A stretch of 64,000 nt of DNA. It comes from Microthrixaceae bacterium. Its GTDB lineage: Bacteria; Actinomycetota; Acidimicrobiia; Acidimicrobiales; Microtrichaceae. Location of the stretch: NCBI GenBank assembly GCA_033813615.1, contig JAPXRJ010000001.1:8515-72514 (forward strand), written 5' to 3'. Numbering within the stretch: position 1 is the stretch's first letter; the number at the start of each line of letters is the position of its first letter. Positions 29,339-39,184 of the stretch are shown piece after piece. The position numbers and the translations under genes were made by a program. The notes beneath the pieces were generated by a model. It was not told the origin of the DNA. It made no database searches and saw only the letters and a list, made by a program, of their open reading frames with translations.

Positions 29339-30619
29339 ATGCTCGACGTTCGCCTGTTCCGCAACGACCCCGACGCGGTCGAGGCCGGTCTGTCCCGGCG
29401 CGGAGAGGACCTCGCTGCGGTCGACGACGTGGTCCGACTCGACGCCGAGTTGCGCAACCTGATGGCCCGGCGCGACAGCTTGCGGGCAGAGATCCGTGCC
29501 CTGTCGAACGAGGTCGGGACGCTGTTCCGCGAGCAGCGCCAGGACGAGGCCAAGGAGCTGCAGGAGCAGAGCCGGATCCTGGGCGCCGAAGAGAAGGCGC
29601 TCGACGTCGGCGCGGAGGAGATGGCCGTCGAGCTGCGGGAGAAGCTGCTGCGCATCCCCAACCTGCCGTCACCCGACGCGCCCGACGGGCAGGGTGAGCA
29701 GGACAACGTGGTGCTGCGTGTCGAGCAGTTCGACGCCGACTCCTACGCCACCCACCAGCGCGTCCCGCACTGGGAGATCGGCGAGGAGCTGCACATCCTC
29801 GACGTGGAGCGCGCCGTCAAGCTGTCGGGGTCGATGTTCGTCATGTACCGGGGTGCCGGCGCTGCGCTGGTCCGGGCACTGTGCCAGCTGGCGATCGACC
29901 GCAACGTGGACCTCTACGAGGAGATCCGCCCTCCCACGCTCGTGCGGACCGACACCATGGTCTCCACCGGTCATCTTCCGAAGTTCGAAGAGGAGGCCTA
30001 CCGCATGGAGCGCGACGACCTCTGGGCCATCCCGACCGCAGAGGTGCCGCTGACGTCGCTCGGTCGCGACGAGATCGTCGACGAGGCCGGCCTCCCTCGG
30101 CGCTTCTGCGCGCACACGAGCTGCTTCCGCCGCGAGGCCGGCTCGGCCGGCAAGGACACCCGTGGGCTGCTGCGTGTCCACGAGTTCGACAAGGTGGAGA
30201 TCCTGGCGTACTCGACGCCGGAGCAGGCCGCCGGGCTGCACGCGGAGATCCTGGACCGGGCCGAATCGCTCATCGCCGACCTCGGCCTGGCGTACCGGAT
30301 CCTCGACCTGTGTGCCGCCGACCTGGGGGCGTCTGCCATGCGCACCTTCGACATCGAGGTCTACGCCCCGGGGGCGGATCGGTGGTTGGAGGTCAGCTCC
30401 GTGTCGTGGTTCGGCGACTACCAGGCCCGTCGCGCCAACCTGCGCTACCGCCCGTCGGCGGGCAAGGGGACCGAGATCCTCCACACGCTCAACGGCTCCG
30501 CGCTCGCGGTGCCACGGGTGTGGGCCGCGATCGTCGAGACGTATCGCCAGCCCGACGGCACGGTCGCCGTGCCCGAACCGCTGCAGCCGTACATGCGTGG
30601 CCGCACCGTGATCTCCTGA
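29339..30619 (+). CDS. serS: Serine--tRNA ligase
   Basis: IPTAEVP, FRREAG...RGLLRVHEFDKVE, EVSS, HTLNGS. Confidence 0.98.
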   Translation: MLDVRLFRNDPDAVEAGLSRRGEDLAAVDDVVRLDAELRNLMARRDSLRAEIRALSNEVGTLFREQRQDEAKELQEQSRILGAEEKALDVGAEEMAVELREKLLRIPNLPSPDAPDGQGEQDNVVLRVEQFDADSYATHQRVPHWEIGEELHILDVERAVKLSGSMFVMYRGAGAALVRALCQLAIDRNVDLYEEIRPPTLVRTDTMVSTGHLPKFEEEAYRMERDDLWAIPTAEVPLTSLGRDEIVDEAGLPRRFCAHTSCFRREAGSAGKDTRGLLRVHEFDKVEILAYSTPEQAAGLHAEILDRAESLIADLGLAYRILDLCAADLGASAMRTFDIEVYAPGADRWLEVSSVSWFGDYQARRANLRYRPSAGKGTEILHTLNGSALAVPRVWAAIVETYRQPDGTVAVPEPLQPYMRGRTVIS

Positions 30620-30663
30620 TCCGACCGTCGCCCGGGTGCTCACCACGACGGGATGGAGGTGAC

Positions 30664-32013
30664 ATGACCGACGAACCCGACCACGAGCCCGATGGGAACG
30701 GGTCCCCCGCCAGCGCTGATGCTGCCGCCGCCGATGCACGGCGCGGTGGCGGCTCGGCGGTGCTGCGATCGCAGGTGGCGTTCGGTCTCGACCTGCTTCG
30801 ATGGATCCTGCTCGCCACGTTGGTCGGCCTGCTCGCTGGTGGCGCGGCAGCGGCGTTCCTGATCTCGCTGCGCTGGGCGACCGACGCGTTCGACACCCAC
30901 GGGGCGCTGCTCTGGTTCCTGCCGCTCGCCGGACTGGCGATCGGGCTGGTGTACCACCACGGCGGCGGACGGGCGGCGCAGGGCAACGACCTGATCATCG
31001 ATGAGATCCACGATCCCACCGACTGGGTGCCGCGCCGCATGGCGCCGATGATCTTCGTGGGGACCGTGGTCACGCACCTGTTCGGTGGATCCGCAGGCCG
31101 CGAGGGCACGGCGATCCAGATGAGCGGCAGCCTGACCGACCTGGCGTCGAGGGTCATGAGGCTGGGTCGCGACGACCGTCGGATCATGCTGATCACAGCG
31201 ATCGCCGGCGGGTTCGGCGCGGTGTTCGGCGTCCCCCTGGCCGGTGCCGTGTTCGCCCTGGAGGTCCAGTCGATCGGTCGTCTCCGCTATGAGGCGCTCG
31301 TCCCGTGTCTGGTGGCGTCGGTGACCGGCGACCTGGTGGTACGGGGTCTCGGGGTGCAGCACACGCTCACGCCGCACCTGGGTGACGTCCACCTGTCGGT
31401 CGGGCTGCTGCTCAAGGTCGCGCTCGCCGGGGTGTGCTTCGGCCTGGTGAGCGTGGCCTTCAGCCTGAGCGACCACTGGATCCGCCGAGTGTTCCGTCGC
31501 TGGGTGGCGTGGCCGCCGGCCCGGCCGCTGATCGGTGGCGTCGCGGTGATCGTCATGACCTTGGCCGTGGGGAACCGGCTCTACAACGGGCTGTCGGAGG
31601 GGTTGGTCGAGGTCAGCCTGCTCGGCGGGCACGTTCCCACGTGGGCGTTCGCGCTGAAGCTCGCGTTCACCGTCGTCACGCTCGGATCGGGCTTCGTCGG
31701 CGGCGAGGTGACGCCGCTGTTCGTCATCGGTGCCACGCTCGGCGCCACGTTGGCGGCACCGCTCGGCATCCCCCCGGACCTGCTGGCCGCCCTCGGGTTC
31801 GTGGCGGTGTTCGCCGGGGCGTCCAACACGCCGCTCGCCTGCACGATCATGGGCGTGGAGCTCTTCGGCGCGGGAGCGGTGCCGTACTTCGCGGTGGCGT
31901 GCGTGGTGAGCTACGTGTTCTCCGCGCACCAGGGCATCTACGGAGCGCAGCGCTCGGACGGCCCGAAGGTGCCGGCGCTGGTGTGGCGCCGGCGCCGCAT
32001 CGCCGACACATGA
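30664..32013 (+). CDS. CLC-family channel/antiporter, fluoride-exporter (CLC-F) subtype
   Basis: GNDLI, GREGT, GEVTP signatures. Confidence 0.85.
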   Translation: MTDEPDHEPDGNGSPASADAAAADARRGGGSAVLRSQVAFGLDLLRWILLATLVGLLAGGAAAAFLISLRWATDAFDTHGALLWFLPLAGLAIGLVYHHGGGRAAQGNDLIIDEIHDPTDWVPRRMAPMIFVGTVVTHLFGGSAGREGTAIQMSGSLTDLASRVMRLGRDDRRIMLITAIAGGFGAVFGVPLAGAVFALEVQSIGRLRYEALVPCLVASVTGDLVVRGLGVQHTLTPHLGDVHLSVGLLLKVALAGVCFGLVSVAFSLSDHWIRRVFRRWVAWPPARPLIGGVAVIVMTLAVGNRLYNGLSEGLVEVSLLGGHVPTWAFALKLAFTVVTLGSGFVGGEVTPLFVIGATLGATLAAPLGIPPDLLAALGFVAVFAGASNTPLACTIMGVELFGAGAVPYFAVACVVSYVFSAHQGIYGAQRSDGPKVPALVWRRRRIADT

Positions 32014-32097
32014 GCCGAGCGGGGTGCTGACTCCGTCGCCGACCGGCCGAGCGGCTGACCGGCCGAACCCGCGGTGCCCCGGCGGTACGCTCGTCCG

Positions 32098-32733
32098 ATG
32101 CCGCTCGAGCACCGGACGGACTACGACTGGGGGACTCTGACCGAGGCCGACGCCCCGTCGGGGCCCTACGAGCTGTTCGAGCGATGGCTCGCCGATGCCG
32201 AGGAGGCGGGCGAGGCGGAGTTCAACGCCATGGCGCTCGCGACCGTGTCGAACGGCCGGCCCACGATCCGCAACGTGCTGCTGCGCGGCCTCGACGACGA
32301 CGGGCGACTTCAGTTCTTCACCAACTACGACAGCCGCAAGGGCTTGGAGCTCGCGACTGACCCCTTCGTCGGACTGCTGTTCAGCTGGCTCGGCATCCAC
32401 CGCCAGGTGCGCATCGACGGCGTCGCCGAGCCCGTCCCGTCCGCGGTCAGCGACGAGTACTTCGCATCTCGGCCCCGCGCCAGCCGCATCGGCGCGTGGG
32501 CGAGCGAGCAGTCCAGCGTGCTGGCCGACCGCGCCGAGCTGGAAGAGCGCGTCGTGTCGGTCGTCGAGCGCTTCGGCGACGGCGAGGTGCCCCGCCCGTC
32601 GAACTGGGGTGGCTACTCGGTGACGCCCGAGGTGTTCGAGTTCTGGCAGGGACGACCGAGCCGCCTCCACGATCGGTTGCGCTATCGCCGAACCGCTGAG
32701 GGCACCTGGACCCGCGAGCGCCTCTCGCCCTGA
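32098..32733 (+). CDS. pdxH: Pyridoxamine 5'-phosphate oxidase
   Basis: FFTNYDSRKG, RQVRI, EFWQGRPSRLHDR. Confidence 0.96.
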   Translation: MPLEHRTDYDWGTLTEADAPSGPYELFERWLADAEEAGEAEFNAMALATVSNGRPTIRNVLLRGLDDDGRLQFFTNYDSRKGLELATDPFVGLLFSWLGIHRQVRIDGVAEPVPSAVSDEYFASRPRASRIGAWASEQSSVLADRAELEERVVSVVERFGDGEVPRPSNWGGYSVTPEVFEFWQGRPSRLHDRLRYRRTAEGTWTRERLSP

Positions 32734-32838
32734 CCGCTGATCCGCCCGATCGCCTCACGTCCCCGGCGGCCAGGGGGCCAGCGGTCAGAGCGGTCAGCGC
32801 GGCGAGCGGTCAGAGCGGCGAGCGGCCAGAAGGATCGG

Positions 32839-33561
32839 TCAGAGGGTGAGCGGGATGCGGACGCCGTCGGCGCCCTTGACCGACGCGCCGATCGGCCACA
32901 CGTGGTCGGATCGCTCGGGCACGTGGATCTGCACGCCGCCGAGGACGGCGACGTCCATCTCTCTCCACGCATCGAGGGCGTCGAGCTCCGCCCACATCTC
33001 CTCCTCCACGGCCAGCGCGGCGCGGTGGGTGAGCTCGATCAGCTCCATCGGAACCGCTCCGGTCTCGTCCTGGACGAATCGGAGGAGCCGCTGGGCCTCG
33101 TGGTCGTCGAGCCCGGGAGGCAGCGAACCCACGTCGCCGGTGCGGACCACGTCGAGCAGCGACACCATCGCACCGCAGGTCGCGGTCGGCTTGCCCTGGT
33201 TCCGGCGCAGCGTCTGGCCGACGGTGCCGTCGCGGTCGATGCCGAGGTGCGGCATCCCGAACACCAGCAGCCGGCCACGGCCATCGGTGTCGGGGACGTG
33301 GGACAGGCAGGCGCGCCACCCGGTGCGACCGAGCGACGGCATCGCACCCAACCCACCGACGGCGAACGGTCGGTGCCAGCGCTGTGCCACCTGCTCGATC
33401 AGCTGCTGGGTCAGCTCGTCGCGACAGATCGACACCGCGGCGAACGTGGCGTCGGGTCGGAAGTCGAACGGGTCGAGCGCTGTCGCGACCCGGTCGAGGT
33501 AGGTCCCGACCGGGACCGCGTCGGGGAATCGGTTGCGGAGGGTGTCGAGCATGGAGTCCAC
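32839..33561 (-). CDS. LCIB/LCIC-like (theta-type) carbonic anhydrase family protein
   Basis: ICRDE, PHLGI..G.VG...R, TCGA putative Zn ligands; start at GTG 33561 or ATG 33552. Confidence 0.7.
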   Translation of the reverse strand: MDSMLDTLRNRFPDAVPVGTYLDRVATALDPFDFRPDATFAAVSICRDELTQQLIEQVAQRWHRPFAVGGLGAMPSLGRTGWRACLSHVPDTDGRGRLLVFGMPHLGIDRDGTVGQTLRRNQGKPTATCGAMVSLLDVVRTGDVGSLPPGLDDHEAQRLLRFVQDETGAVPMELIELTHRAALAVEEEMWAELDALDAWREMDVAVLGGVQIHVPERSDHVWPIGASVKGADGVRIPLTL

Positions 33562-33562
33562 G

Positions 33563-34621
33563 CTATTCGGGCTGTGACGCGGTGGCGTCACCCGGGCGGG
33601 CATCGGTGTGCCCTGTTCCATCGATCGCGCCTGTTCCGTCGATCGCGGCTGGCCCATCTGTTGCTGGTGCAGCGGGTGCGTCCGCAGGGTCCGATTCCGG
33701 CCCCGCACCCTGGCGCTTGGCCGGACCGTTGCGCAACACGGCGATCGCCACCGCGGCGGCGATGACCACGGCGGCCGCCGCGGCCAGTCGGGCACCGCCG
33801 ATGCCCTCGACGTGGTTCTGCAGCCAGCTCTGGGCGTCGCGGGTCCAGTCGACGACGGGCGACGACGCCCCGGAGCCCAGCTCCTGGATCTCCACCCATG
33901 CGTAGTAGCCGACGAACAGCCCTGCGAGGATCAGCAGGACGCCGGAGATCGCCTGCATGTGGGGGAGGATCCGTCGGAACGCGGTGACCACGCCGGAGCG
34001 GGCGAGCGCCACGGCGATCGTCAGGATGGCGAGCGTGGTTCCCATGCCCAGGCCGTACGCGACGAACGCGGCGAGGCTCTGGCCGAAGCTGCCGTCGAGG
34101 GTGACCGACACCAACGAGATGAACACCGGGATCGTGCAGCTCAACGACGCGACGGCATAGGAGATGCCGTAGAGGAACATCGTGACGAGCTCCCGGCCGC
34201 TGCGGTTCAGGTCCAGGTGGGGGATCCGGATCGTGGGCTCGAAGCCGCGGGTCACCGCGATGCCGAGCAGCACCAGGGCGATGCCGATCACCAGCGTGAA
34301 CCACGGCAGTCGCCGACCGACGATCGAGCTCACCGAGGACCACGCGACGCCCATGATCCCGAAGACCACGAGGAAGCCGGCGGTGACGGCGACCGAGACG
34401 ACGACGGCGCGCAGCACCGGGCTGCCCGAAGGTCCCCGCAGGCCGGATCGCCCGACGGCGCTCTGGGGCGAGTCGCCGTCGCCCGTCGCAGCGCCGACGG
34501 TGGCGGAGCTCTGGTCCAGGCCCAGGAAGTACGACAGGTAGGCGGGGAGGAGCGCGAACCCGCACGGGTTCACCGTCGCCACCATCCCGGCGGAGAACGC
34601 CAGCGCCAGCCGAGCGCCCAC
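33563..34621 (-). CDS. ccdA: Cytochrome c biogenesis protein CcdA
   Basis: VNPCGFALLPAYL, SLSCTIP, YGLGMG. Confidence 0.9.
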   Translation of the reverse strand: MGARLALAFSAGMVATVNPCGFALLPAYLSYFLGLDQSSATVGAATGDGDSPQSAVGRSGLRGPSGSPVLRAVVVSVAVTAGFLVVFGIMGVAWSSVSSIVGRRLPWFTLVIGIALVLLGIAVTRGFEPTIRIPHLDLNRSGRELVTMFLYGISYAVASLSCTIPVFISLVSVTLDGSFGQSLAAFVAYGLGMGTTLAILTIAVALARSGVVTAFRRILPHMQAISGVLLILAGLFVGYYAWVEIQELGSGASSPVVDWTRDAQSWLQNHVEGIGGARLAAAAAVVIAAAVAIAVLRNGPAKRQGAGPESDPADAPAAPATDGPAAIDGTGAIDGTGHTDARPGDATASQPE

Positions 34622-34646
34622 GGAGCTGTTGCCGTCCCCGACCGGC

Positions 34647-35369
34647 TCAGCCGGCCAGGCCGTGGTCGCGCAGCACGTCGTCGACCTCGTCGCTGGTCAG
34701 GGCGCCGTTGTGCACGTCGACCACGGTGCCGTCGGCATCGATGAACACGGTCCGGGGCAGCGCGGTGCCGCCGAAGGCGGCGAGGATCTCGGCACTCGGA
34801 TCGCGACCGTTCGGATAGGTCACCCCGGTCGTGGCGACCATCTCCTTGCCGGCGGCCTCCGTGTCGGTGACGTTCACGCCGACCAACGCCACCTTCCCGC
34901 CGTGGTCGTTCCAGACCCGTTCGAGGTCCGGCATCTCCTTCAGGCACGGGATGCAGGTGGAGGACCAGAAGTTGAGGACCACCGGGCGACCGCGGAACGC
35001 CGACAACGTGGTGCTGGTGCCGTCGAGCAGGTCGAGGGTGACGTCCGGTGCGGCGTCGCCGACGCCGACGGAGTCGGTGCCGTCGGGGACGAGCGACGAC
35101 CCTTCCATGCCGTCGAGGGCATCGGTGACCTTGACGGCGTCGCTGCTCGGTCGTGTTCCCAGCCAGACGACGACGCCGGCCGCGCACAGGGCGATCGCGG
35201 TGATCAGGAAGAGCCCGAGCGGTCCGATCGACAGCCGCGTGCGTCGCTGACCGCTGCGCCGGCCGGTGCCGGTGCTGTCTGTGCTGTCGGTGTTGTCGGT
35301 GTTGTCTGTGCCGGCATTGCCGTCACCGTCGGGGGGCTGCTCGGAGGTGGTCTCGTCGATCCGGGACAT
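34647..35369 (-). CDS. Membrane-anchored TlpA/ResA-family thiol-disulfide oxidoreductase
   Basis: VVLNFWSSTCIPCLKEMP, LPRTVFID. Confidence 0.9.
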   Translation of the reverse strand: MSRIDETTSEQPPDGDGNAGTDNTDNTDSTDSTGTGRRSGQRRTRLSIGPLGLFLITAIALCAAGVVVWLGTRPSSDAVKVTDALDGMEGSSLVPDGTDSVGVGDAAPDVTLDLLDGTSTTLSAFRGRPVVLNFWSSTCIPCLKEMPDLERVWNDHGGKVALVGVNVTDTEAAGKEMVATTGVTYPNGRDPSAEILAAFGGTALPRTVFIDADGTVVDVHNGALTSDEVDDVLRDHGLAG

Positions 35370-35446
35370 CGGGGGGTCCTGTGGGAGGCCGGGATCCTGG
35401 CGATGTGCGAGGCCCCGGGGAGGGGTTGTGCGGTCGCGGGAACCCG

Positions 35447-35476
35447 GTGGAGGGGCCCCCGGAGGGCCCCCTCCAC
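35447..35476 (-). terminator. GC-rich hairpin downstream of whiB7
   Basis: GTGGAGGGGCCC...GGGCCCCCTCCAC. Confidence 0.55.
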
Positions 35477-35606
35477 TGTAGTGATCCGGTCCGTCGGCGG
35501 TCAGCTCGCGAGCTCGTGCGTCACCATCCCGCCGATCATGTCGGACCAGAGCCGGACCGGAGCCTGGGCCGGACCGGGCGGTACCCGGTCCGGCCTCGGA
35601 TCCGTG

Positions 35607-36032
35607 TCAGCGGCCACCGCCGGACGCGCCGGCGGTCGCCGCTGCGTCGCCGGCGATCCCTGCAGCCACGAGGCGCCGGTAGGCGTCGGGGACGTCCACC
35701 TCCGGGAAGCGGTCCCCCGGCCTGGGATCCTTGGGCGGACGTCCTCTCCGCCGCTTGTGCAGGACGATCCTGCCGGCGACGAAGAGGTGGCCTCCCCAGA
35801 TCCCGAACTGCTCGCCGCGTTCGACCGCGGCGTCCAGACATCGGGTCCGAACCGGACAGGCCAGGCAGATCTGCTTGGCATGGCTGATCTCGTCGACGTC
35901 GTCGGTGAAGAACAACGCGGTGTCGAGGTCGCGGCACGCCGCCTCGGTCTCCCACGCGGCACGCTCGACCAGTGAGCCGATCGCGAGGTCGGCGATGACA
36001 TCACCGCGGGGGTGGGTGTCGACGATGGTCAT
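35607..36032 (-). CDS. whiB7: WhiB7/WblC-type Fe-S transcription factor with AT-hook
   Basis: C...CLAC...C, GIWGG, RRRGRPPK; GAAGGAG RBS. Confidence 0.88.
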   Translation of the reverse strand: MTIVDTHPRGDVIADLAIGSLVERAAWETEAACRDLDTALFFTDDVDEISHAKQICLACPVRTRCLDAAVERGEQFGIWGGHLFVAGRIVLHKRRRGRPPKDPRPGDRFPEVDVPDAYRRLVAAGIAGDAAATAGASGGGR

Positions 36033-36237
36033 GTAGGTGCTCCTTCTGCGGGGCGGCGCTGACGGCGGCGGGCTGTGGCGTCCAGCGGTGCTGCCGTCGG
36101 CGGTGCCGGGCGGTGTTGGCTCTCTTGTCGGGAGATCTGGGTGGTCATCTGGCGGGTTGGTGAGCTGGCGGGCTGGCGGGCTGGTGAACGAACGACGTCG
36201 TGACGGGTGGGTTCGTGCCGCACGGGTCGAACGGGCC

Positions 36238-36282
36238 GAAAAGCGAAGGAGCCGCCGGGTGGAGATCCACCCGACGGCTCCT
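36238..36282 (-). terminator. Attenuator terminator in whiB7 leader
   Basis: Minus strand AGGAGCCGTCGGGTGGA-TC-TCCACCCGGCGGCTCCT-TCGCTTTT. Confidence 0.85.
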
Positions 36283-36310
36283 GGAGCCTTCCTGCGCTCG
36301 ACCTGTGCGG

Positions 36311-36484
36311 TCAGTGCGGAGGTGCCCCCCGTCGGGTGGTGGTGGCGGCGGTGGCGCCCGGCTTGGTGCCGTACACGTTGGCGATCCCGAAGGCGTTCAC
36401 CGCCGAGCAGAGATGCAGACGCGTGCGCGCGACGCCGGATCGCCACATGGCGGTCCGGGTCGTGGGTGCGCTGAGGTCGTTCAT
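36311..36484 (-). CDS. whiB7 leader peptide (uORF, 57 aa, ends RRGAPPH)
   Basis: ATG-initiated ORF stopping about 28 nt before the terminator. Confidence 0.7.
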   Translation of the reverse strand: MNDLSAPTTRTAMWRSGVARTRLHLCSAVNAFGIANVYGTKPGATAATTTRRGAPPH

Positions 36485-36589
36485 CGATCTGCTCGTGTGT
36501 CGGTGGGGTCGCTCTGGGTGCTCGCGACGTGCGGTTCGTCCGTTCGCCGGACAGGCCCGCAGCACGGGCCCGCACCGGCGGGTCCGTGG

Positions 36590-36626
36590 AGCGAACCACG
36601 CTGTGCAGACGCAGTCAAGCGAATAA
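36590..36626 (-). promoter_or_regulatory. Putative WhiB7-dependent promoter
   Basis: TTATT-3 nt-TTGACT-17 nt-TTCGCT on the minus strand. Confidence 0.65.
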
Positions 36627-36693
36627 CCGGCGAACTTCCGGCGAGCTCCGGAGAGGTCCGCGTCGAGTCCACTCGGTCCGAGCGGCAACCTCG

Positions 36694-37848
36694 TCACACG
36701 GGGACGGGTCGATAGCGAAGCAGCCCGTCGTCGTCGGTGCGTGTCGCCATGAGCCCCTGCTCGCGGAGGTGCTCGAGGTGCGCGTACGTCTCCGATTCGG
36801 CCATCGGCCCCCACGAGCGCTCCTGGAAGAGCCGCCGCGAGTACGCCCGGACCGTTGCGTCGCCGAGCTCCACGCCGAGTCGCTCGATCTCTGCCAGGCG
36901 CTCGACGTGGTGGCCGATGATGTCGTCGACCCGGCCACTGAGGTCGGTGAATGCCAGGCCGTGCGCCGGGAGCACGTTCGTCACCCCTGGCAGCATCGAC
37001 ACGCGCTGCAGGGCCCCGACGAACTCGGCGAGGGAGTCGTCGCTGCCGGTCATGCCGGAGATGTGCGGCGTGATGGTGGGCAGCACGTGGTCACCGGACA
37101 GGAACGTGCCGTCCGACGGGTCGAAGAGGCAGATGTGGTCGCCGGTGTGACCCGGCGTGTGGATGACCTGCCACTCGCGTCGACCGAGCCGGATCACCTG
37201 CAGGTCCACGACGCGCGTGGTCGGATCCAGCTGCAGCAGCCCCTGCTTGGACAGGTCGTCCCACGCCCGCATCGCCTCCAGCTCGCCGGGCCCGGGCCGG
37301 AACCCGTCCTCGCCCCACGGGGTCGGTTCGGGTGCCACGTCGGGGAGGTCGCCCTGACCGAAGAGGATCTCGGCCAGACGTTCGTTGCGACGCTCCGGCG
37401 TTGGAGCGTCGCCGGCATCGGGGTCCAGGTCGTCCGGCGCGCTGGCATCGCTGATCAGGTCGCTGGCCGCCTCGAGCTCGGCCAGGTCGTCGTGGTGCGC
37501 CCGGTCGAAGGGGGTCCGGAAGCTGCGGTGGGCGACGACCTCGGCGCCGTGCTCCACCTTGAGCCGCCCGGCGCCGCCGAAGTGGTCGGGATGCGAGTGG
37601 GTCACGAGCACCGTGTGCACGCGCTCGGGCGCGACGCCGATCGAGCGGAGTCGCTCCACCAGCACCTTGTTGGTGGTCGGGTCGGGCATGCCGGGGTCGA
37701 TCAGCGCGACCCCGCGCTCGTCCTCGAGCACGTAGCAGTTCACGTGGCCGAGACCGGGGATCATGATCGGCAGCTGGATCCGGCCGATGCCCGGAGCGAC
37801 CTCGTCGACGGTCTCACGAGCGGCGAGGCGCTCCTGTCGTTCGACCAT
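36694..37848 (-). CDS. MBL-fold metallo-hydrolase
   Basis: [28 protein letters not shown]. Confidence 0.92.
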   Translation of the reverse strand: MVERQERLAARETVDEVAPGIGRIQLPIMIPGLGHVNCYVLEDERGVALIDPGMPDPTTNKVLVERLRSIGVAPERVHTVLVTHSHPDHFGGAGRLKVEHGAEVVAHRSFRTPFDRAHHDDLAELEAASDLISDASAPDDLDPDAGDAPTPERRNERLAEILFGQGDLPDVAPEPTPWGEDGFRPGPGELEAMRAWDDLSKQGLLQLDPTTRVVDLQVIRLGRREWQVIHTPGHTGDHICLFDPSDGTFLSGDHVLPTITPHISGMTGSDDSLAEFVGALQRVSMLPGVTNVLPAHGLAFTDLSGRVDDIIGHHVERLAEIERLGVELGDATVRAYSRRLFQERSWGPMAESETYAHLEHLREQGLMATRTDDDGLLRYRPVPV

Positions 37849-38573
37849 CAGGACGGAGCGTTCCCCGTGACCCCGGCGTTGCCGGCGACCTCGGGGAGCG
37901 CATCGTCGCGCTCGCCGACCGGGGAGGTGGCCACGGTCGTGCTGTCGGTGGCGATGCTGTCGGTGGCGATGCTGTCGGTGGTCGTGCTGTCGGTGGAGGG
38001 GGCGTCGACAGCGCCTGCACCGTCGGGAGCGACGGACGAAGCGGGGACGAAGACCCTGCCGCGCCAGTAGACGAGCTCGGCGACGGACTCCTTGATGTCG
38101 TCCATCGCCCGGTGAGCGGACGCCTTCTTGGTCAACCCGTCGAGCGAGCCCGGGTACCAGCGACGGGCCAGCTCCTTGATCGTCGACACGTCGATCGACC
38201 GGTAGTGGAGGTACTCCTCGATGTACGGAAGGTGCACGGAGAGGAACCGCCGGTCCATTCCGATCGAGTTGCCGCACAGGGGCACGGTGCGCGGCTGGCG
38301 GACGTGCTCGGCGATGAACGCCATCGTCGCCAACCCCGCCTCTTCGAGGGTCACCTCCGACTTGCGGATCTCGTCGAGCAGGCCGCTGCGGGTGTGCATC
38401 TCGACGACGACGTCGTCCATCTTGGCGAGGTCCTCTTCGCTCGCGTGGACGACCAGGTCGGGTCCCTCGGCCACCACGTTGAGGTCGTCGTCGGTCACGA
38501 GCGTGGCGATCTCGACGATCACGTTCGTCGCCGGGTCGAGGCCGGTCATCTCGAGGTCCATCCAGACGAGCAC
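37848..38573 (-). CDS. orn: Oligoribonuclease with low-complexity C-terminal tail
   Basis: [36 protein letters not shown]. Confidence 0.96.
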   Translation of the reverse strand: MLVWMDLEMTGLDPATNVIVEIATLVTDDDLNVVAEGPDLVVHASEEDLAKMDDVVVEMHTRSGLLDEIRKSEVTLEEAGLATMAFIAEHVRQPRTVPLCGNSIGMDRRFLSVHLPYIEEYLHYRSIDVSTIKELARRWYPGSLDGLTKKASAHRAMDDIKESVAELVYWRGRVFVPASSVAPDGAGAVDAPSTDSTTTDSIATDSIATDSTTVATSPVGERDDALPEVAGNAGVTGNAPS

Positions 38574-38651
38574 CGGCCCACCCTACGGGGCGCTCCGTTC
38601 CGGCACCCACACGGACCCCGCCCCAGTGCAGCTGCCGGTATGGTCGCTGTC

Positions 38652-39089
38652 GTGCTGGAGGTCCCCGTCGTCCGTCTCGATCCGGAGCTCGACCTGCCCC
38701 GCTACGCCCGCTCGGGCGATGCCGGGGTGGACCTGGTGGCGGCCGAGGACATGGCGCTGGCCCCCGGCGGCGGGCGCGGACTGGTGCCGACCGGCATCGC
38801 CGTGGCGATCCCCCGAGGCTTCGCCGGCTTCATCCAGCCCCGCAGCGGCCTGGCGCTCCAGCACGGCGTGACCGTGCTGAACACTCCGGGGCTGATCGAC
38901 GCGGACTACCGCGGCGAGCTCAAGGTGCTGCTCGTCAACACAGATCCGACCGAGCCGTTCGTGGTCACCCGCGGTGAGCGGATCGCCCAGCTGGTGGTCC
39001 AGGCCGTGGAGCACGTGCGGTTCCGGGAGGTCGACGAGCTCGACGACACCGACCGCGGCGACGGCGGGTTCGGCCACACCGGCCGCTGA
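38652..39089 (+). CDS. dut: dUTP diphosphatase
   Basis: [37 protein letters not shown]; GTG lies 7 nt after TATGGT. Confidence 0.96.
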   Translation: MLEVPVVRLDPELDLPRYARSGDAGVDLVAAEDMALAPGGGRGLVPTGIAVAIPRGFAGFIQPRSGLALQHGVTVLNTPGLIDADYRGELKVLLVNTDPTEPFVVTRGERIAQLVVQAVEHVRFREVDELDDTDRGDGGFGHTGR

Positions 39090-39184
39090 CCCGTTCGACC
39101 CGGCCGGCTCTCGCCGCACGCCGATTCTCGGGTCGGATTCGGGCCGTGGAGCCCGCGTTCTGACCCGAGTCGCGTGGGTTCCGG

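Noticed and set aside
30620-30740. Fluoride riboswitch
   Set aside because: Only scattered GATGG/GCTGATG words, inside the coding region; pairing could not be built
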